Part shown: piece by piece, positions 43,797 to 56,476 of the stretch
Numbering within the stretch: position 1 is the first letter of the stretch
How the letters are laid out: each line of letters opens with the position of its first letter
Assembly (NCBI GenBank): GCA_004764695.1
Contig: SMSO01000032.1
Span: 1,116,001-1,180,000, forward strand
DNA: 64,000 bases
Origin: Schizochytrium sp. TIO01
Taxonomy: Eukaryota; Protista; Bigyra: Labyrinthulomycetes
Direction of reading: 5' to 3'
Position numbers and translations under genes: made by a program
The notes under the pieces: model-generated
What the model was told of the DNA's origin: nothing
The model's database searches: none
What the model saw: only the letters and a program-made list of their open reading frames with translations

Positions 43797-44470
43797 CCTG
43801 TATTTTTCTGGACTATAAACGCTCGCAAGGTGAAGATCTTACGAGTTCCTAATAGTGTGCTACCTATAGCAAGGTTTATGCTCAATTTAATGTCGCACTT
43901 AGTTAGGCTATCAGTTGTATACTCTCGCACGTCTGGCAGACAAGACGAGATCCACGATGAGCGATGCCTACGCAAACAAGTTTGCTTCAAGAGCTGGGTG
44001 CAAATACACCAGAAAGGTACGAGCACCAGCTCGTCCTTCACAGATGCTCCCCCAAAAGCCTCCTCTTCAAAACGAGCTCACCAAGAGCTCTGATACGGGA
44101 TTGGAATTGATTGATGGATCACCACTCTGGATTCAATTTCGGTTTAGAAACAAACAATTTATTATTATTATTAGTAGTAAATAATAATAAATAACCCAAT
44201 AGTTCGAATATTTTTTGTTATTTTACAAAACAAAACAAAAAACAATCTGAAAAAACAAATTAATATATTGAAATGATTCGAGATGAGGATTATTGGTACC
44301 TGGCTACTTAGTGTTACTTCAAGATGGGGGACTAAATCGTCTTTTTCTTTGTCTGCAGTAATCTAGCTAGAGTCATTTTCCTTTCTTCAGAATACTAGAA
44401 CCAAAAACATCCCCTCTCACCTTCTCAATTGGCCACAAAGAAAGGAGGTAGTAGCAACTGCTGGGCTTCC

Positions 44471-44565
44471 AAACAAAACAAAAGCTAAAACAAATGCTAA
44501 AACAAAAGCTAAAGCTAAAATTAAGCATAAGCTAAAGCTCAAGCTAAAACTAAAATGAAAACTAA
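44471..44565. repeat. Degenerate AAAGCT/AAAACA hexamer repeat
   Basis: aaaacaaaagctaaaacaaatgctaaaacaaaagctaaagct... Confidence 0.75.
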
Positions 44566-44860
44566 GAATAATTAAGAATCAGGTCGCTATTTCTTGCTGA
44601 ATGTGCCAGCAAATAGATCAATGATGGAGGGTAAACGAATCCAAGAGCGCAGGCACGGGAAGACGAAGGGCCGGGGCTGCGAGGGAATGGGCGCAGGCCA
44701 ACAGAGCGCCCCAGCCAGGCCAGGCACACGCGTCTGTGCCACTCCTCGCGCCTTCCGTTGGTGTCTCAGGCCACTTCCCAACGCCCTGTCCGGCGTAAAG
44801 TGCGGAGCTGAAAGACCCAAAGTGCTGTACCTTTGAACACAGTCGGGTCACTCAGAGAGT

Positions 44861-45040
<180 letters not shown>

Positions 45041-46360
45041 CTGTCTTTCAAAACAAAGTGACTTACGCCTAGGGTGGGGCTAGCGAGTGCTAGCCGCCCT
45101 GCAGTTCTCCTCGCGTTCGAGACCAGATCAGATCAGATCATCACGGCTCGCCATCCCCCGTGACTACCGGTGGCGCCTGAGATCTTCTCTCTCTGTAGAA
45201 AGGGTACGGAGACTCGACTTCTCGCGCCCTGACGCTCTAACTTACGCTGTGAAAGTTAGCGCATTAGAGGGCGCACGGTTCTGAGCGATTCCAGGCGAGT
45301 TGGAGTTTCGAGCTGCCACAGCAATTGCTATTAGTTCTCAATTATTTTATTAACTAATCAATGGTTAAAAGGTAAAATTAAAATAATTAACAGAATTAAC
45401 AAAATGGTAGCTTATTTTAATTAAAAAATAAAAATAAAAATTAAATATTCATATACACACATATACATGTAATAATAAAAGATACTAAAGGCGCCTCGTG
45501 TTTTTGCGAGACCGAGTCTATAATTGACGCTGCTCTGTCAGTCAGGGTCTGAAGCTGACGCAGACGCCAATGCAGTCGCCAATGCAGCAAAGGCAGCGGC
45601 ATATTTAGTGGGAGAGCGACAGGAGCTACGCAAGGAAAAGAAATACTGGATAAAGGGAAAGAAAGAAAGATCTCTTTACTTTCTTTATATTCGCTTAGAT
45701 GCATAGCAGCGTCCATCATGATTGGTTCATTAGTGGCGCTGTTCCTCTTATTTCGTCTGTCCATGAATACGTATACTACGATACTTAATCTTACAGAAAA
45801 TATAAAACAGATTAATAAAAGGCCGAGAGAGAACTGACTGACTGACTATACATGTATAAGCAGGTATACATACATACAGTATACTCTGCAGATAATGTAA
45901 AAGGCGCCCGTCTGAACTGCTTACTACTACTACTGACTGATGCTTTGAAGGAGCAGAGTAATCAATCAGTGCAGGAATGAATCAGAGCGCAACTGAAGAC
46001 TTTAGGGCTCGCGAAGGTCAACCTGCAGAGAGGAGAGGAAATGCACAATGGCTACTAGGGCACTCTTTTGACATCGGCGGAGACTACGGGTGGTGCAGCC
46101 TCGTCGCAACCACCTGAAATACGAGACACGGCAGAAGTCCCGTGCACCTTCGAAGGTTCTGCGTGCTCAGAACAATCCCCGGAGACGCAAAGAAGTTGAG
46201 AATGCTTTGGTGCTGCTCCCTCCCAGAGCCAAGAACTTACTACTACACGGTCTATTCCAGATGCTAGCTAGTGCTTGCTTGCTACCTCCTACCCTTCCCG
46301 TGCAGTTCCCGTAGATAAAAGGCTTTTAGGCGCTGGTAGTCTATCTCGATTCCTTCCTTC

Positions 46361-46502
46361 ATTCGCTCACGCATTCATATTGAATTCGCTCACGCATTCA
46401 TATGGAATTCATTCACTCATTCATATGGAATTCATTCACTCATTCATATTGAATTCATTCACTCATTCATATTGAATTCATTCACTCATTCATATTGAAT
46501 TC
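46361..46502. repeat. 23-bp minisatellite, 6 copies
   Basis: Units start at 46361, 46384, 46407, 46430, 46453, 46476; ATTCGCTCACGCATTCATATKGA x2 then ATTCATTCACTCATTCATATKGA x4. Confidence 0.95.
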
Positions 46503-47072
46503 GAGCTAATTTCGTGCTGATGACTGACTGTTGAAGCAGCAAGAATAAGCAACTTCCGTCCACAGGAGCTAACAGTTGTGAAACAAGAACAGGTCTCCAT
46601 CTTGTTTCCTGCATGTTTATGATTATTGACTTCTTCTTCTTCTTCTTCTATACATCAACTTTCTTTCCACGCGTTCTCACATTTTTGTTTGTTTTTTGCG
46701 TCCATCATACGTTGTCCCCCACAAATTAAACAGGGCGCTCAACGGTTGCGAGCATATGGGCAGAATGAGCTCTGGGATTGATTGAGGGGCGTGGCCGACG
46801 TAGTTTGAGTGAGAGTAATGAGCGAATGAATGCACTCGAAGCTGCAGAACGGAGACAACCTGTCGTCCTCAAATAGACGGAGGAAGCTCGTCTTTCTGAT
46901 TCCGTGACTGCTCTGCGATAGATAGACCTCGAAGCGCCGCGCTGCTGTCTTGAATAGCTAGCTGGCTGGCTGGCTGGCTGACTTGGCGGTCTGCAAGCCG
47001 CAGCTTTCAAGAAAGGTCACCAGTTTTGAATTACACGGTCGTAAGTTAGCTCAGTCATGGACGTGAGTGAGG

Positions 47073-47114
47073 TGATTGATTGATTGATTGATTGACTGAT
47101 TGATTGATTGATTG
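47073..47114. repeat. (GATT)n microsatellite
   Basis: About 10 units with one GACT variant. Confidence 0.9.
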
Positions 47115-50027
47115 ACCGCGGCGTCTCAGAGGTTTTAGTTTTAGGCCACGATTCGAGGAATTCATGGCCTGCGGCAAATGCCTTGGGGCGTGCGTCATGA
47201 GCATCGCGTGTTTGCCTGGGTGGAGGGGAGGGCTGTCTGTGCAGCCAGACAGAAGAAGAGGTTCATGAGGAGCGTGCGGCCTTGGAGATCAGAGCGGATG
47301 GATTGCTCCTGGAAGCGAGTTCTCCAATCCGTGGATTATTGGGCTGTTGTAGCAATACCTCGTTTTTTATAAAACAATTCAGAAGCTAGATCTAGTAGTA
47401 CTAGCTTCTTTCTATCTATACAGCGGTCAAAACTGGAGGCTGGAGCAAAGGGGAAAGCGGCGAGCTATTTCCAAGAGGATGTAATTAGGTAGCGCTTTAT
47501 TTATTGGCTTTATGAACTGATTCCTTTTTTCTATTGTTAATGTTACTTTAAAAAAATAAAAAAATATTATGTATATAATTTTAGAACAAAGAAAGAATGG
47601 GCATAGGCCTCAATACTTCAATGCAACTGAAAATGAGCTGCTGCGCCATTAGTCTCTTAGCATTGGAGTTAACACGCCTTGAATTCATTTCCTAAAGTCT
47701 GTTGGTCATAGATACGCATGACACGCTTTTCAGCGCCCTTTTACTAACGACTTTGGGTTATGCTATGTACATTCGTTCCCTTATCCCATATTATTGCAGG
47801 CTTATACTTTAGAGCCTAGAGGTTAGCTTCTTGGCATCATTTCCGACCACTATTCAGACAAGTTTTGCAGCTCTTGCACCAGCCCCCTATTTATGGGACT
47901 TCGGATGTATGAGAGCTCCTTCATTAAGCGGATAAGTATTGTCGATGATTGAGGTTAACTGCTTGGAAATTTGGTTGCTGAGGCTGTCTGATTTTTCCTT
48001 TCTCCAAATTTTAGTATAATTCTGACTAAAATTCGAGTATCTCTGGTAGTCTGCTGGTCAGCAACTCTGTCTTCGCTTGCGTCAATAATAAGATAAATGA
48101 GAAACGCCCTACTTTCTCTCTCTCTCTTCATTTTTTCGGAGACTTGAATATGAAATCCCTATTTTCAGTGCTACTGTTGCAATAGAAGGGACATGTTATG
48201 AACTTGCAATTTGGCAATCCTATTAGAACTCTCTTGAAGGGATAGCTCCACTTATAAACTTCAAAATCAATGTTCAACAACCTCAACTTTTGAATGAGCT
48301 TTCCTAACAGATGTTTACATTGTGAAATCAATCAACCTCGAGGCTTGTTGTGATGAGACTACGATGTTGAAATGATGAAATTAAATTTGCCGTTAGTTAA
48401 TTGCATGGTGTATGCGTGTCTTGTACTTAAAGTGGTGTGTGAACTTTTAGCTATCCTCCATTCAAGTCTTTTCGTTTTGTTTCGTCCTTCATGAACTCCA
48501 TTATTTAACGTGGCAATAAAACGCACATAATTGGGTGTTCACACGGCTACAGGCCAACGAACAAGCTATCTCTTAGGACATTATAGTGTACTAGTGTGCA
48601 GTGTTTCACAGGTTCGTGTATCGAGTTCAGGGTTATCGAGATCAAATATATCGTCTTGAGGTTTTGCTTCAGAAGAGGAAGCAACAACCGTTTACCTCTT
48701 GCATCCAGCTTTTCTGTATCAAGCCGTCAAATAACTTGCAACCCCAAGGTGGACGGACAGTTGTGCTGTCAATTGCCCATAAAATCTCCACATATCCTTA
48801 CTAATAGCTTTCCAAAACTCAAACTAGCCACCCGAACGACCAAAAGACTGCCTTGACATGCCAACACAATGAATTCTTTAGAGTAATCCACTTGTACGCA
48901 GAAGAATCGTCTTGGTAAATTGCACCTCCCTGAGTCCTCGTACGCGTTAATAAGAGTGTGTACCCTCAAATAAAAGGCCTATTTAGACCACTTTGAAGCT
49001 CTCTCTGAACTCTGAAGCGCGGCTCCGCGCTGACTCTGAGAGTGCCCCCAAACCCAAGTTTCTTTGCCGGCCTGAGCTCCTGCGAACGGTGCAGGGGCTC
49101 TGCTTGTGGGTTCATCACCCGTACGAGCTCCATCAGCTACGACTTTTTTGTGGTCGCGTATACTTGCCGCGTCCCTCGTATTCTGTTCATTGTCCATCTT
49201 TTGGGATCCTTACTTGAAAATAGTGGATTCTTGTAAAACGCTGGACTCTCCCAAGCCGTACCAAGCTCTCAAGAAAATTGTGTGTTTTCGAGCACAGTCT
49301 TTCATCTCGGGCTTGGTATCGTGATCATCTGCAACTTACTTGTCACCCAAAAGCAAACGTTCCTTTATTACTTTGGCAGATTAGGTGTACTGAGCAGTCA
49401 CCATGGTAAAGAACATTATCCAGCCATTTGGCATGGACCTTCTCTTTCCTGTCCTCTTCGCAGCAATACTTACCTTAAATATGCCATGGCTGAGTGGTGT
49501 ATGGTGCGTGGTTTTCTGGTTGGCGGTGTTCCGAGATAAATAAGACTTAGCGAACCCAAGTTCTAATTCTTCTGCTCTCGCTTCAAACGCAAGTTCACCA
49601 GCTCGTCTTTGAACATATTTTACAGCTGGTCGAGTATACCTTTATATCTAGCAGTACTCTGAATACATTATTCACCTTATGCAAGTCGTGATTGAGCAAA
49701 ATTGGAGTAGCGAATGTTTTCTTCACGCGCAAAAGCTGTAATATAAATTTAGTTTTCACATTTCGGTTCTCTCAAGATCAGACGAAATGATTTCCCCTCA
49801 AAAGATCTTGAAAGACATACCATAGATCGGATATCATTGTTTAGTGTTGACATTTCTTCTTCTAAGATGAAAAATGCTCCTGAAGAGAACGGTTTCTCAA
49901 TGCCTTCAAATGTAAAGTAAACTTCAAGGTTGTCCTATATTCATATAAATTTCGTTTGGGTATAGCATAAAGTAAAAGAAGAAGAATAAAATGACTGCTA
50001 GAAATGTCAACGTAATGTTTGAATTTA

Positions 50028-51050
50028 TTAAAGGTCCTTCACTAAGCCCATGATTTGATCCCCAAGCTCTTTTGAAGCAGCTGCAAAGATGCTACGACCA
50101 GATAGGTTGAGTGGACCTCCACGTGGGTCACACACCATGCCGCCGGCTTCTGTCACAAGCAAAGCACCGGAAGCAAAGTCCCAGATGTAAGGGCTGTAGA
50201 GCTCAATATAAACATCCGTCCGGCCATCAGCAATGTATGCCAACCCAAGACCACAACCACCTGTGATGCGGAAGCCACGTACCCGGCCATTCACCAAAAA
50301 GGTGCGCTGCATGGCCAAAAACTGGTCTACTTCCTTGGGTTCGCGCTGGTAGCCGATGTCTGTCGCTACAATTGCAAGAGTTGAATCCTTCTCACCAGAG
50401 GTGGACATCCGACGAGGTTCTCCCACCAGCTCAAGACCTTCTGTAGAGAGGCCTTGAACATAAGAGCCTTTGCTCTTTTCTGCATAGAAGATCTCACACT
50501 GAATAGCATCAACTATCACGGCTGCAACGATCTCCTTCTTTACCATAAAAGCAATCAAAGTAGAGCAGCTCAGGACAGAGCGGAAGAAGTTTGTTGTGCC
50601 ATCGATCGGATCAATGATGAAAGTCGGCTCATCTGTCACCTCAAACCCTTCGTCGCCTTTCGTGGCAACCTCCTCTTCACCAATAAACTTGTGGTTCGGG
50701 AACTTCTCGTGAAGATGTTTCACAATGAGTTCTTCGCAAAGACGATCCGTCTCCTGTAGCCAGAACAGAAGTCATGTATACCACAATTATTAAGATTTAT
50801 TTATTCCATTCACTCCAAAATTGCGTGAGTTCCTGAGTTCCCTATTCTGACACGCAGAGCAATATCTCGACGGCCACTCATCAATTCATCTTACCGTTTG
50901 CAGGTCTGCGGTGTTGCTTTTTGTCACAGTGCTGGACACCTGGGTTTCACGACAGCGCGTCTTCATCCATGTCTCACGGATCTTAAGGCCAGCTTGGCGA
51001 GCTGCATAAACAGCTTCGCGAAGCTCTTCGCTGCCTTCGTCAACCTTCAT
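50028..51050 (-). CDS. IMPA1: Inositol monophosphatase (293 aa); exons 51050-50895 and 50753-50028
   Basis: Phase-0 intron 50894-50754 (GTAAGA...CTACAG) restores KSNTADLQT|ETDRLCEELI; motifs FIGEE, IIDPIDGTTNF, WDFASGALLVTEAGG. Confidence 0.93.
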
Positions 51051-51426
51051 CTTAGACTCGGCCTAAGATGGTATCTCAAGCAAGCAATAGATCGAAAGTT
51101 GCTCTCGCTGAAGCTGTCGTTCGTAGTTTGCAATCAAGATTCTTCTCTACTTCTGTCACCATAAGTCGTAATAAAAGTCATATAGCATCACTAGCAACGA
51201 TCATAGTCGTAATATATAGGAGATATAATTAGGACCACACCTAGATCCCAGGATGCCAAACCAACGAAAATGGTCCGTAGCTCGCGTTGCGTTCCTGGAC
51301 TGAAGGGATAACCTCTTGGAACACACTGGTAGGCCTGTCCGAGCTACAGAATTGTTAAGAATGCTAATGGTAGTAGGTATAGAAATTTGTATTAATAACA
51401 TGCTACAGAATGTCAAAAGACTTAGA

Positions 51427-52314
51427 TCATTTGAGCGTCAAGGCCGGGTCTGCAGCGCTATCTTCAGCAGTGAGACTTGTTGCTTTCTCGTCAAACATAA
51501 CAATATACTCACGAGAACTTTTGCCGAAACGAAGTAAATCTTTTTCTAGAAGTTCGTAGTAACGCGAGGATTCCAATTTCTCACCGTTGAGAAAGGTTCC
51601 GTTCGAACTACCGAGATCGAGAATGTATGGGCGAACAAAATGGCGTGGAGGATCTAGGCTTCCAGGAGGCGGTGCTTTGGTTTTTATGCGAAATTGAATC
51701 ACTGCGTGTTGTTTCGAACACGAGGAGTGTTCTGCTAAAATATCTGCCACACGATCATCTCTGCCAACAAGATGTGCTGATTGTCCATGAAGTTCTATGC
51801 TCTTGACAATTTCGCCCTTTTTAAATACAAAGAGCCGCCAGCCAGGTCCTGGCGGTGTTACAGCATCCGAGGGCTCAGACCATTTCATCAAGACTCCATT
51901 GTACATTCGCCCAGTTCTCTCATCCTTGCCAAGCGCGCCAGAAAGACCAAAATTAGCTTTCTCTTTCTCTTCGCCCGGTTGCAGTTGCCGCTTCGGATTT
52001 CCATATGCATCAAGTTTGGGCTCCTGAGCTCCAGATTGTGTCTCCCGTTTACCCCATGTACCAGAGTGGGCTTGATCTTGTTCCGCATCGTCTTCTGCGT
52101 ATCGCTTTCTGCGCTGTCGCTTAGTCTCTCGCCTTGGGCCAGCATCTTGATCATGCCTTCGGTGTTCATCTCGTCGAGACTTTTGGCCAGAGTGGCCACC
52201 GTAGCTGCTGTCCCCACGTCTTGAGTCACGATGGTCACTTCTATGATGATCTCTTTTTCGGGAAAATCTCTCTTCTGGGTTCTGAGACCTAGTGGATTCG
52301 CCTTTTCTGTCCAT
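51427..52314 (-). CDS. SNIP1: FHA-domain RES complex protein SNIP1/DAWDLE/Pml1
   Basis: R/D/S-rich N-terminus, NFGLSGAL, NGVLMKWSEPSDA, WRLFVFK, GRDDRVADI, HSSCSKQHAVIQFR, PYILDLGSSNGTFLN, RYYELLEKDLLRFGKSSREY. ATG at 52314. Confidence 0.95.
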   Translation of the reverse strand: MDRKGESTRSQNPEERFSRKRDHHRSDHRDSRRGDSSYGGHSGQKSRRDEHRRHDQDAGPRRETKRQRRKRYAEDDAEQDQAHSGTWGKRETQSGAQEPKLDAYGNPKRQLQPGEEKEKANFGLSGALGKDERTGRMYNGVLMKWSEPSDAVTPPGPGWRLFVFKKGEIVKSIELHGQSAHLVGRDDRVADILAEHSSCSKQHAVIQFRIKTKAPPPGSLDPPRHFVRPYILDLGSSNGTFLNGEKLESSRYYELLEKDLLRFGKSSREYIVMFDEKATSLTAEDSAADPALTLK

Positions 52315-53373
52315 CTTGGTAAAGGCTAACAAGTCAACAACGTCCCTCAAAGCTTCTTTTCAACAAGTATTTGAGGAAAAGGAAGATATACACCAAGGCT
52401 CTAATGGATTTTCGTTGAAGGTTCTTCAATGTACAGAAAGCTTGTTATGCCAAGCGTAGCGAGAGACTTCGCAGAGCGGGTGGACCACGGCCTAGAAGAT
52501 CTGCACCTAATTTTGGCAGTAGGGGAGAGTTGGCAAACGAAACTCCGAGGTAGGCACGGAGCGTCAGCCTTTACAGGGGTGTTATACTCTTGCAGAACCC
52601 TTGAGCTTTGCTCGGGGAGGCCAAGGTATCTATCTCCCTATGATACGTGGCCAGTTTCAGGTTTTGAGGAAAAAGGCACCGTCCATTCTAATTGCAAAAG
52701 CATAAGGGTGACCTACCAACCTAGTAGCCTTATAATGTAAATTAATGTATATCAGTCAGTAAGTGCTGCTATTTGTGAAGATTGAAAAAGGAACAGCTTT
52801 TCCCAGGCTTCGTCGCATCTAGGGAAAGAAGACATCAAGCGAAAATCTCAAAAGTCTTCTATATGGTCACATGGAAAAACTTGCTAGAGTGTCTTGAACA
52901 GAAAAAATGTTAGCTAGTAACATCATTGACTTACTCTATTTTTTATAATGTATTTTTTATAATGTAATTGATGAATCACATAAAAAAGATCTATTTGGTT
53001 TGCTTTGGGGCTCTTCTGACCATAGCAGATGAGCTTTAGAGACTCTTCAACCGTATAAAGTAGTAGGTAGAGAGTTTCACATTATCATGACCAGAGACCT
53101 TTCCATTCTCAAAGAACATTTACAGAACCCAAACAGAACCTAATAGTTGTTTTTATAATTAAAATATACTGACACTATTACTTTTGGAACTTATAGAACT
53201 CATGGATCTATAAGAACCTATGGAACATGGTGCGCGAGTGGTCTCGAGGGCGCCATTGGCTTTGCGGAGCCCTGCACAGACCCGATCGCAGAGGACTTCT
53301 TGGAGTCTTTTTGCTGCGAGTAGGGGTGTGTTTGAGGCGTGTGAATTCGTCGTGAAGCAGGTCTTGCTGCAAT

Positions 53374-56172
53374 ATGGCCCGCAAGCAGTCTGGACGCAGG
53401 ACGTCCTCGGGTCCCGATGAGCGGGTTCGTGGTCCCGGTCGCAAGCAGCAGAAGCGGCGTGAAAAAGACGATAGCGACGTTGAAAGTAGCGAAGAGGAGA
53501 ACGAATACCTCAAGATGAGGACTGCAGACGACGAGGAAGTTGATTCCGATGAAGCTTTTGACTCTGAAGATGAGAGACAATTCGGAGACATCTTTGCTAA
53601 CAGGAACGCGGCAAAGGACGAGGAACTCGCAGGTGACGAGAACGAGCCTACGCTTCTTGACATGATGGCCGATAGCGACGATGAAGAAGAGGATGAGGAT
53701 GAGGACGAAGAAGAGAAGCCCGCAAATAAATCCTCAAAGACCCAGAAGGAGAAGATTGCACTCCTTCACAAGCTCATCGATGAGGCTGAAATGGACGACA
53801 GCGAAGACGAAGATGATGACGACGACGAGGTTGAAGATGACGATGACGATGAAGATGAAGATGAAGATGACGACGAGGATGAGGATGAGGATGAGGATGA
53901 GGATGAGGATGATGACGATGTTACTGGCGAAACCAAGACCAGCAAGCTCATGGACCTCATCGATGACATGGTAGAGGATCATGGCAAGAAGAACAAGGTC
54001 AAGCGCATGATCGCCGCCGCCAACAAAGCCGCTCGTAAAGAGGGCGAATTCAACGTCAGTGGAAAGAAGAAGTTGAGTATGGCCGATATGGTCAAGTCCC
54101 TTGGCTCCGACCGTAAAGACCTCGGTGCTCTCAAGCAGCGTATCGAGCAGGTACAAGATGCCAACCTTGTGGTTGGTACTAAGAACCGCCACATGGAAGC
54201 TCGCGCAGAGCGCAAAGTCGGATATGAACGTGCATCCGAGGAAATCGGAAAATGGGTACCAACCATCGCAGAACATCGTCGCGCACAAACTGTATCGTAT
54301 CCCCTCGTGGAGCCTGCACGAATCCATGATTCGTCTGCTCAGATTGTTGATGGATTTTCGGCTCAGAGTGAACTCGAGAGAGAAGTCGAGCTTGCATTGA
54401 TGGCAAGTGGACTTGGAGACGAAAAGAGAGCACGCGAAGATGAAGAGAAGTACATGCTCGATGTCAAAGAGGCCGACCCGAAGCAAATTCGAGAGCGGCA
54501 GAAGGAGCTTGCAAAGCTAAAGGCGCTCATGTTCTACAGCGAACAGAAAGCGAGACGATCAAACAAAATCAAATCCAAGGTGTACAGGCGTCTTAAAAAG
54601 CGCCGCGATGCTCGGGAGGAGGAGAAGGAGATTGAGAGACTTCGCAAGATCGACCCTGAGGCAGTGCAGGAGATGGAGGAGAGAGCGGCTTTAGAGAGAG
54701 CCAAAGAACGCATGTCCTTGAGACACAAGAACACTTCGAAGTTTATCAGAGGATTGCTTAAACACGGCGGGTCAAGGAAAGAGTACACCCAGAGCGTTGT
54801 GCAGGAGCAACTTGACGCAGAACGCAATTTGAGAAGACGCATGAGAACCATGAACGATGAAAGCGACGACAGCGAAGACGACGATGAGGATGGTCACGAA
54901 CTTCGGGGAGCAGATGATATCCTCAAACGCAAGGCTGGCTTGTTAGCTGCAGGAATTGATGCTGATATCAATGCTGGAGAGAACGGCGAAAACGCAAAGG
55001 GACTCTTTGGTCTTAAGTTTATGCAAAAGGGACTCCAGCGCGAACAAGAAGAGGCCAAAAAACGCGCAGGAGACCTTATGGAGGCTATCAAATCCGGCAC
55101 TATCACCGCTGATACGCAAGATGACTACGATAAAATGGAGGCCGCAAACAACAACTTCCAGGGACGTCGTCGTTTCAACACCGTTGTGCAAAACAAGGAT
55201 GCCAAGGACTCCGCAGAGACGGAAGGCGATGATGAGCAAACCAAGACTCTTGGCAGCAATGTCAACGCTCGTATGAGCTCGAGCATGGACGTTGGTGAAG
55301 GAAAGAAAAAGAAAACACGTAAACTCTTTGAAGCCCCTGCGTTTGAGGTCCCGTCGTTGCCTGAAGAAAAGGACACTGCTCAGGAAAAGACTCCGGTCGC
55401 TAAAGAGGCACCTGCCTCCAGCAGCAAGATCAAGGCGAAAAGTAATGTTACAGAGGCCAAAACAGCTAAAGCTGCGGTGCAGGCTGATAGTGATGATGAA
55501 GGCGAGACTGTTGCAAACCCATGGCTAAACGATGATGCTCGCCCACAGAAGTCTCAAAAGAAACGTGTTGGTGCCAAGGTTGCCGAAGAGGCTCAAGAGG
55601 TCCCCGATGTAAAGGTGAATGTATCGAAATCTCTCTTGGAAAACAAAGAGGTGGCCAAGAATGAAGACCAGGAAAGTGCGGCCAAACGCAAGCAACAGGT
55701 CAAGCTCATTCGTCGTGCATTTGCTGGTACCAACACGTTGTCGCAGGACTTTGAGGAAGAAAAGGCCGAAGAAGAGGACCGCCGTGATTCTGATCGAAGA
55801 AAGGCCAACAAAGAGGAGACAATGTTTGATAAACCTGGTTGGGGTTCGTGGACAGGAAACAACGTTGCGCCAAAGAAGCGTCGTCGTCCCCAGGCACAAC
55901 CGTCGCAACTCCAAGTTGCTGCTAAGAAGCAACGTGCCGGGCCTAAACACGTTCTTGTCTCCGAAAAGCGTAACAAGAAGGTTACTAAGTATCTTGTTAC
56001 AGACGTGCCGTACCCATTCAAGACTCGTGAGGAGTACGAGGCGAGTTTGCGAAACCCTCTAGGCAGCGACTTCAACACCGCATACATCTTCAACAAATCC
56101 ATTAAACCAGAGGTCATTACTCGCGCCGGTGCAATCATCGACCCTATTTCATCCAGGTCTATGAAGAAGTAA
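53374..56172 (+). CDS. UTP14: U3 snoRNA-associated protein 14 (SSU processome)
   Basis: EEVDSDEAFDSEDE, KARRSNKIKSKVYRR, RAKERMSLRHKNTSK, LFGLKFMQ, NPWL, PGWGSWTG, KYLVTDVPYPF, YEASLRNPLGSDFN, VITRAGAIIDPI; acidic GAT/GAG repeat tract at about 53800-53920. Confidence 0.96.
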   Translation: MARKQSGRRTSSGPDERVRGPGRKQQKRREKDDSDVESSEEENEYLKMRTADDEEVDSDEAFDSEDERQFGDIFANRNAAKDEELAGDENEPTLLDMMADSDDEEEDEDEDEEEKPANKSSKTQKEKIALLHKLIDEAEMDDSEDEDDDDDEVEDDDDDEDEDEDDDEDEDEDEDEDEDDDDVTGETKTSKLMDLIDDMVEDHGKKNKVKRMIAAANKAARKEGEFNVSGKKKLSMADMVKSLGSDRKDLGALKQRIEQVQDANLVVGTKNRHMEARAERKVGYERASEEIGKWVPTIAEHRRAQTVSYPLVEPARIHDSSAQIVDGFSAQSELEREVELALMASGLGDEKRAREDEEKYMLDVKEADPKQIRERQKELAKLKALMFYSEQKARRSNKIKSKVYRRLKKRRDAREEEKEIERLRKIDPEAVQEMEERAALERAKERMSLRHKNTSKFIRGLLKHGGSRKEYTQSVVQEQLDAERNLRRRMRTMNDESDDSEDDDEDGHELRGADDILKRKAGLLAAGIDADINAGENGENAKGLFGLKFMQKGLQREQEEAKKRAGDLMEAIKSGTITADTQDDYDKMEAANNNFQGRRRFNTVVQNKDAKDSAETEGDDEQTKTLGSNVNARMSSSMDVGEGKKKKTRKLFEAPAFEVPSLPEEKDTAQEKTPVAKEAPASSSKIKAKSNVTEAKTAKAAVQADSDDEGETVANPWLNDDARPQKSQKKRVGAKVAEEAQEVPDVKVNVSKSLLENKEVAKNEDQESAAKRKQQVKLIRRAFAGTNTLSQDFEEEKAEEEDRRDSDRRKANKEETMFDKPGWGSWTGNNVAPKKRRRPQAQPSQLQVAAKKQRAGPKHVLVSEKRNKKVTKYLVTDVPYPFKTREEYEASLRNPLGSDFNTAYIFNKSIKPEVITRAGAIIDPISSRSMKK

Positions 56173-56476
56173 ACTTTCGCACAAACCGTCAGCCCCTCTA
56201 TACAACTACTACCTACACTTTTATACGCATGATTAATTTCGCCCACTAAATTTCACTTTTGATAAATCAACACTGATTTCTTTCATGTCTTCTCTTTCAT
56301 CTTGGCTTGATATTCTAATTTCGCTTTTGAGTTATACTGGCAGCCATGTTTCTTAAAATTCTCGATAACACTGTGTTCATAATATTAAATTTAAACTTTA
56401 AAACATGCACGATGGTGTTCCGTTTGTATGTTTTTAGAATAATAATAAAAAATCATTTACTTAGAGTACTTTCAAA

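Noticed and set aside
46361-46502. CRISPR-like array
   Set aside because: Units are contiguous with no unique spacers, no cas genes, eukaryotic context.
49220-49290. TPR-like RAWYGLGE peptide on the minus strand
   Set aside because: Isolated 8-mer followed by a stop, no flanking TPR helices.
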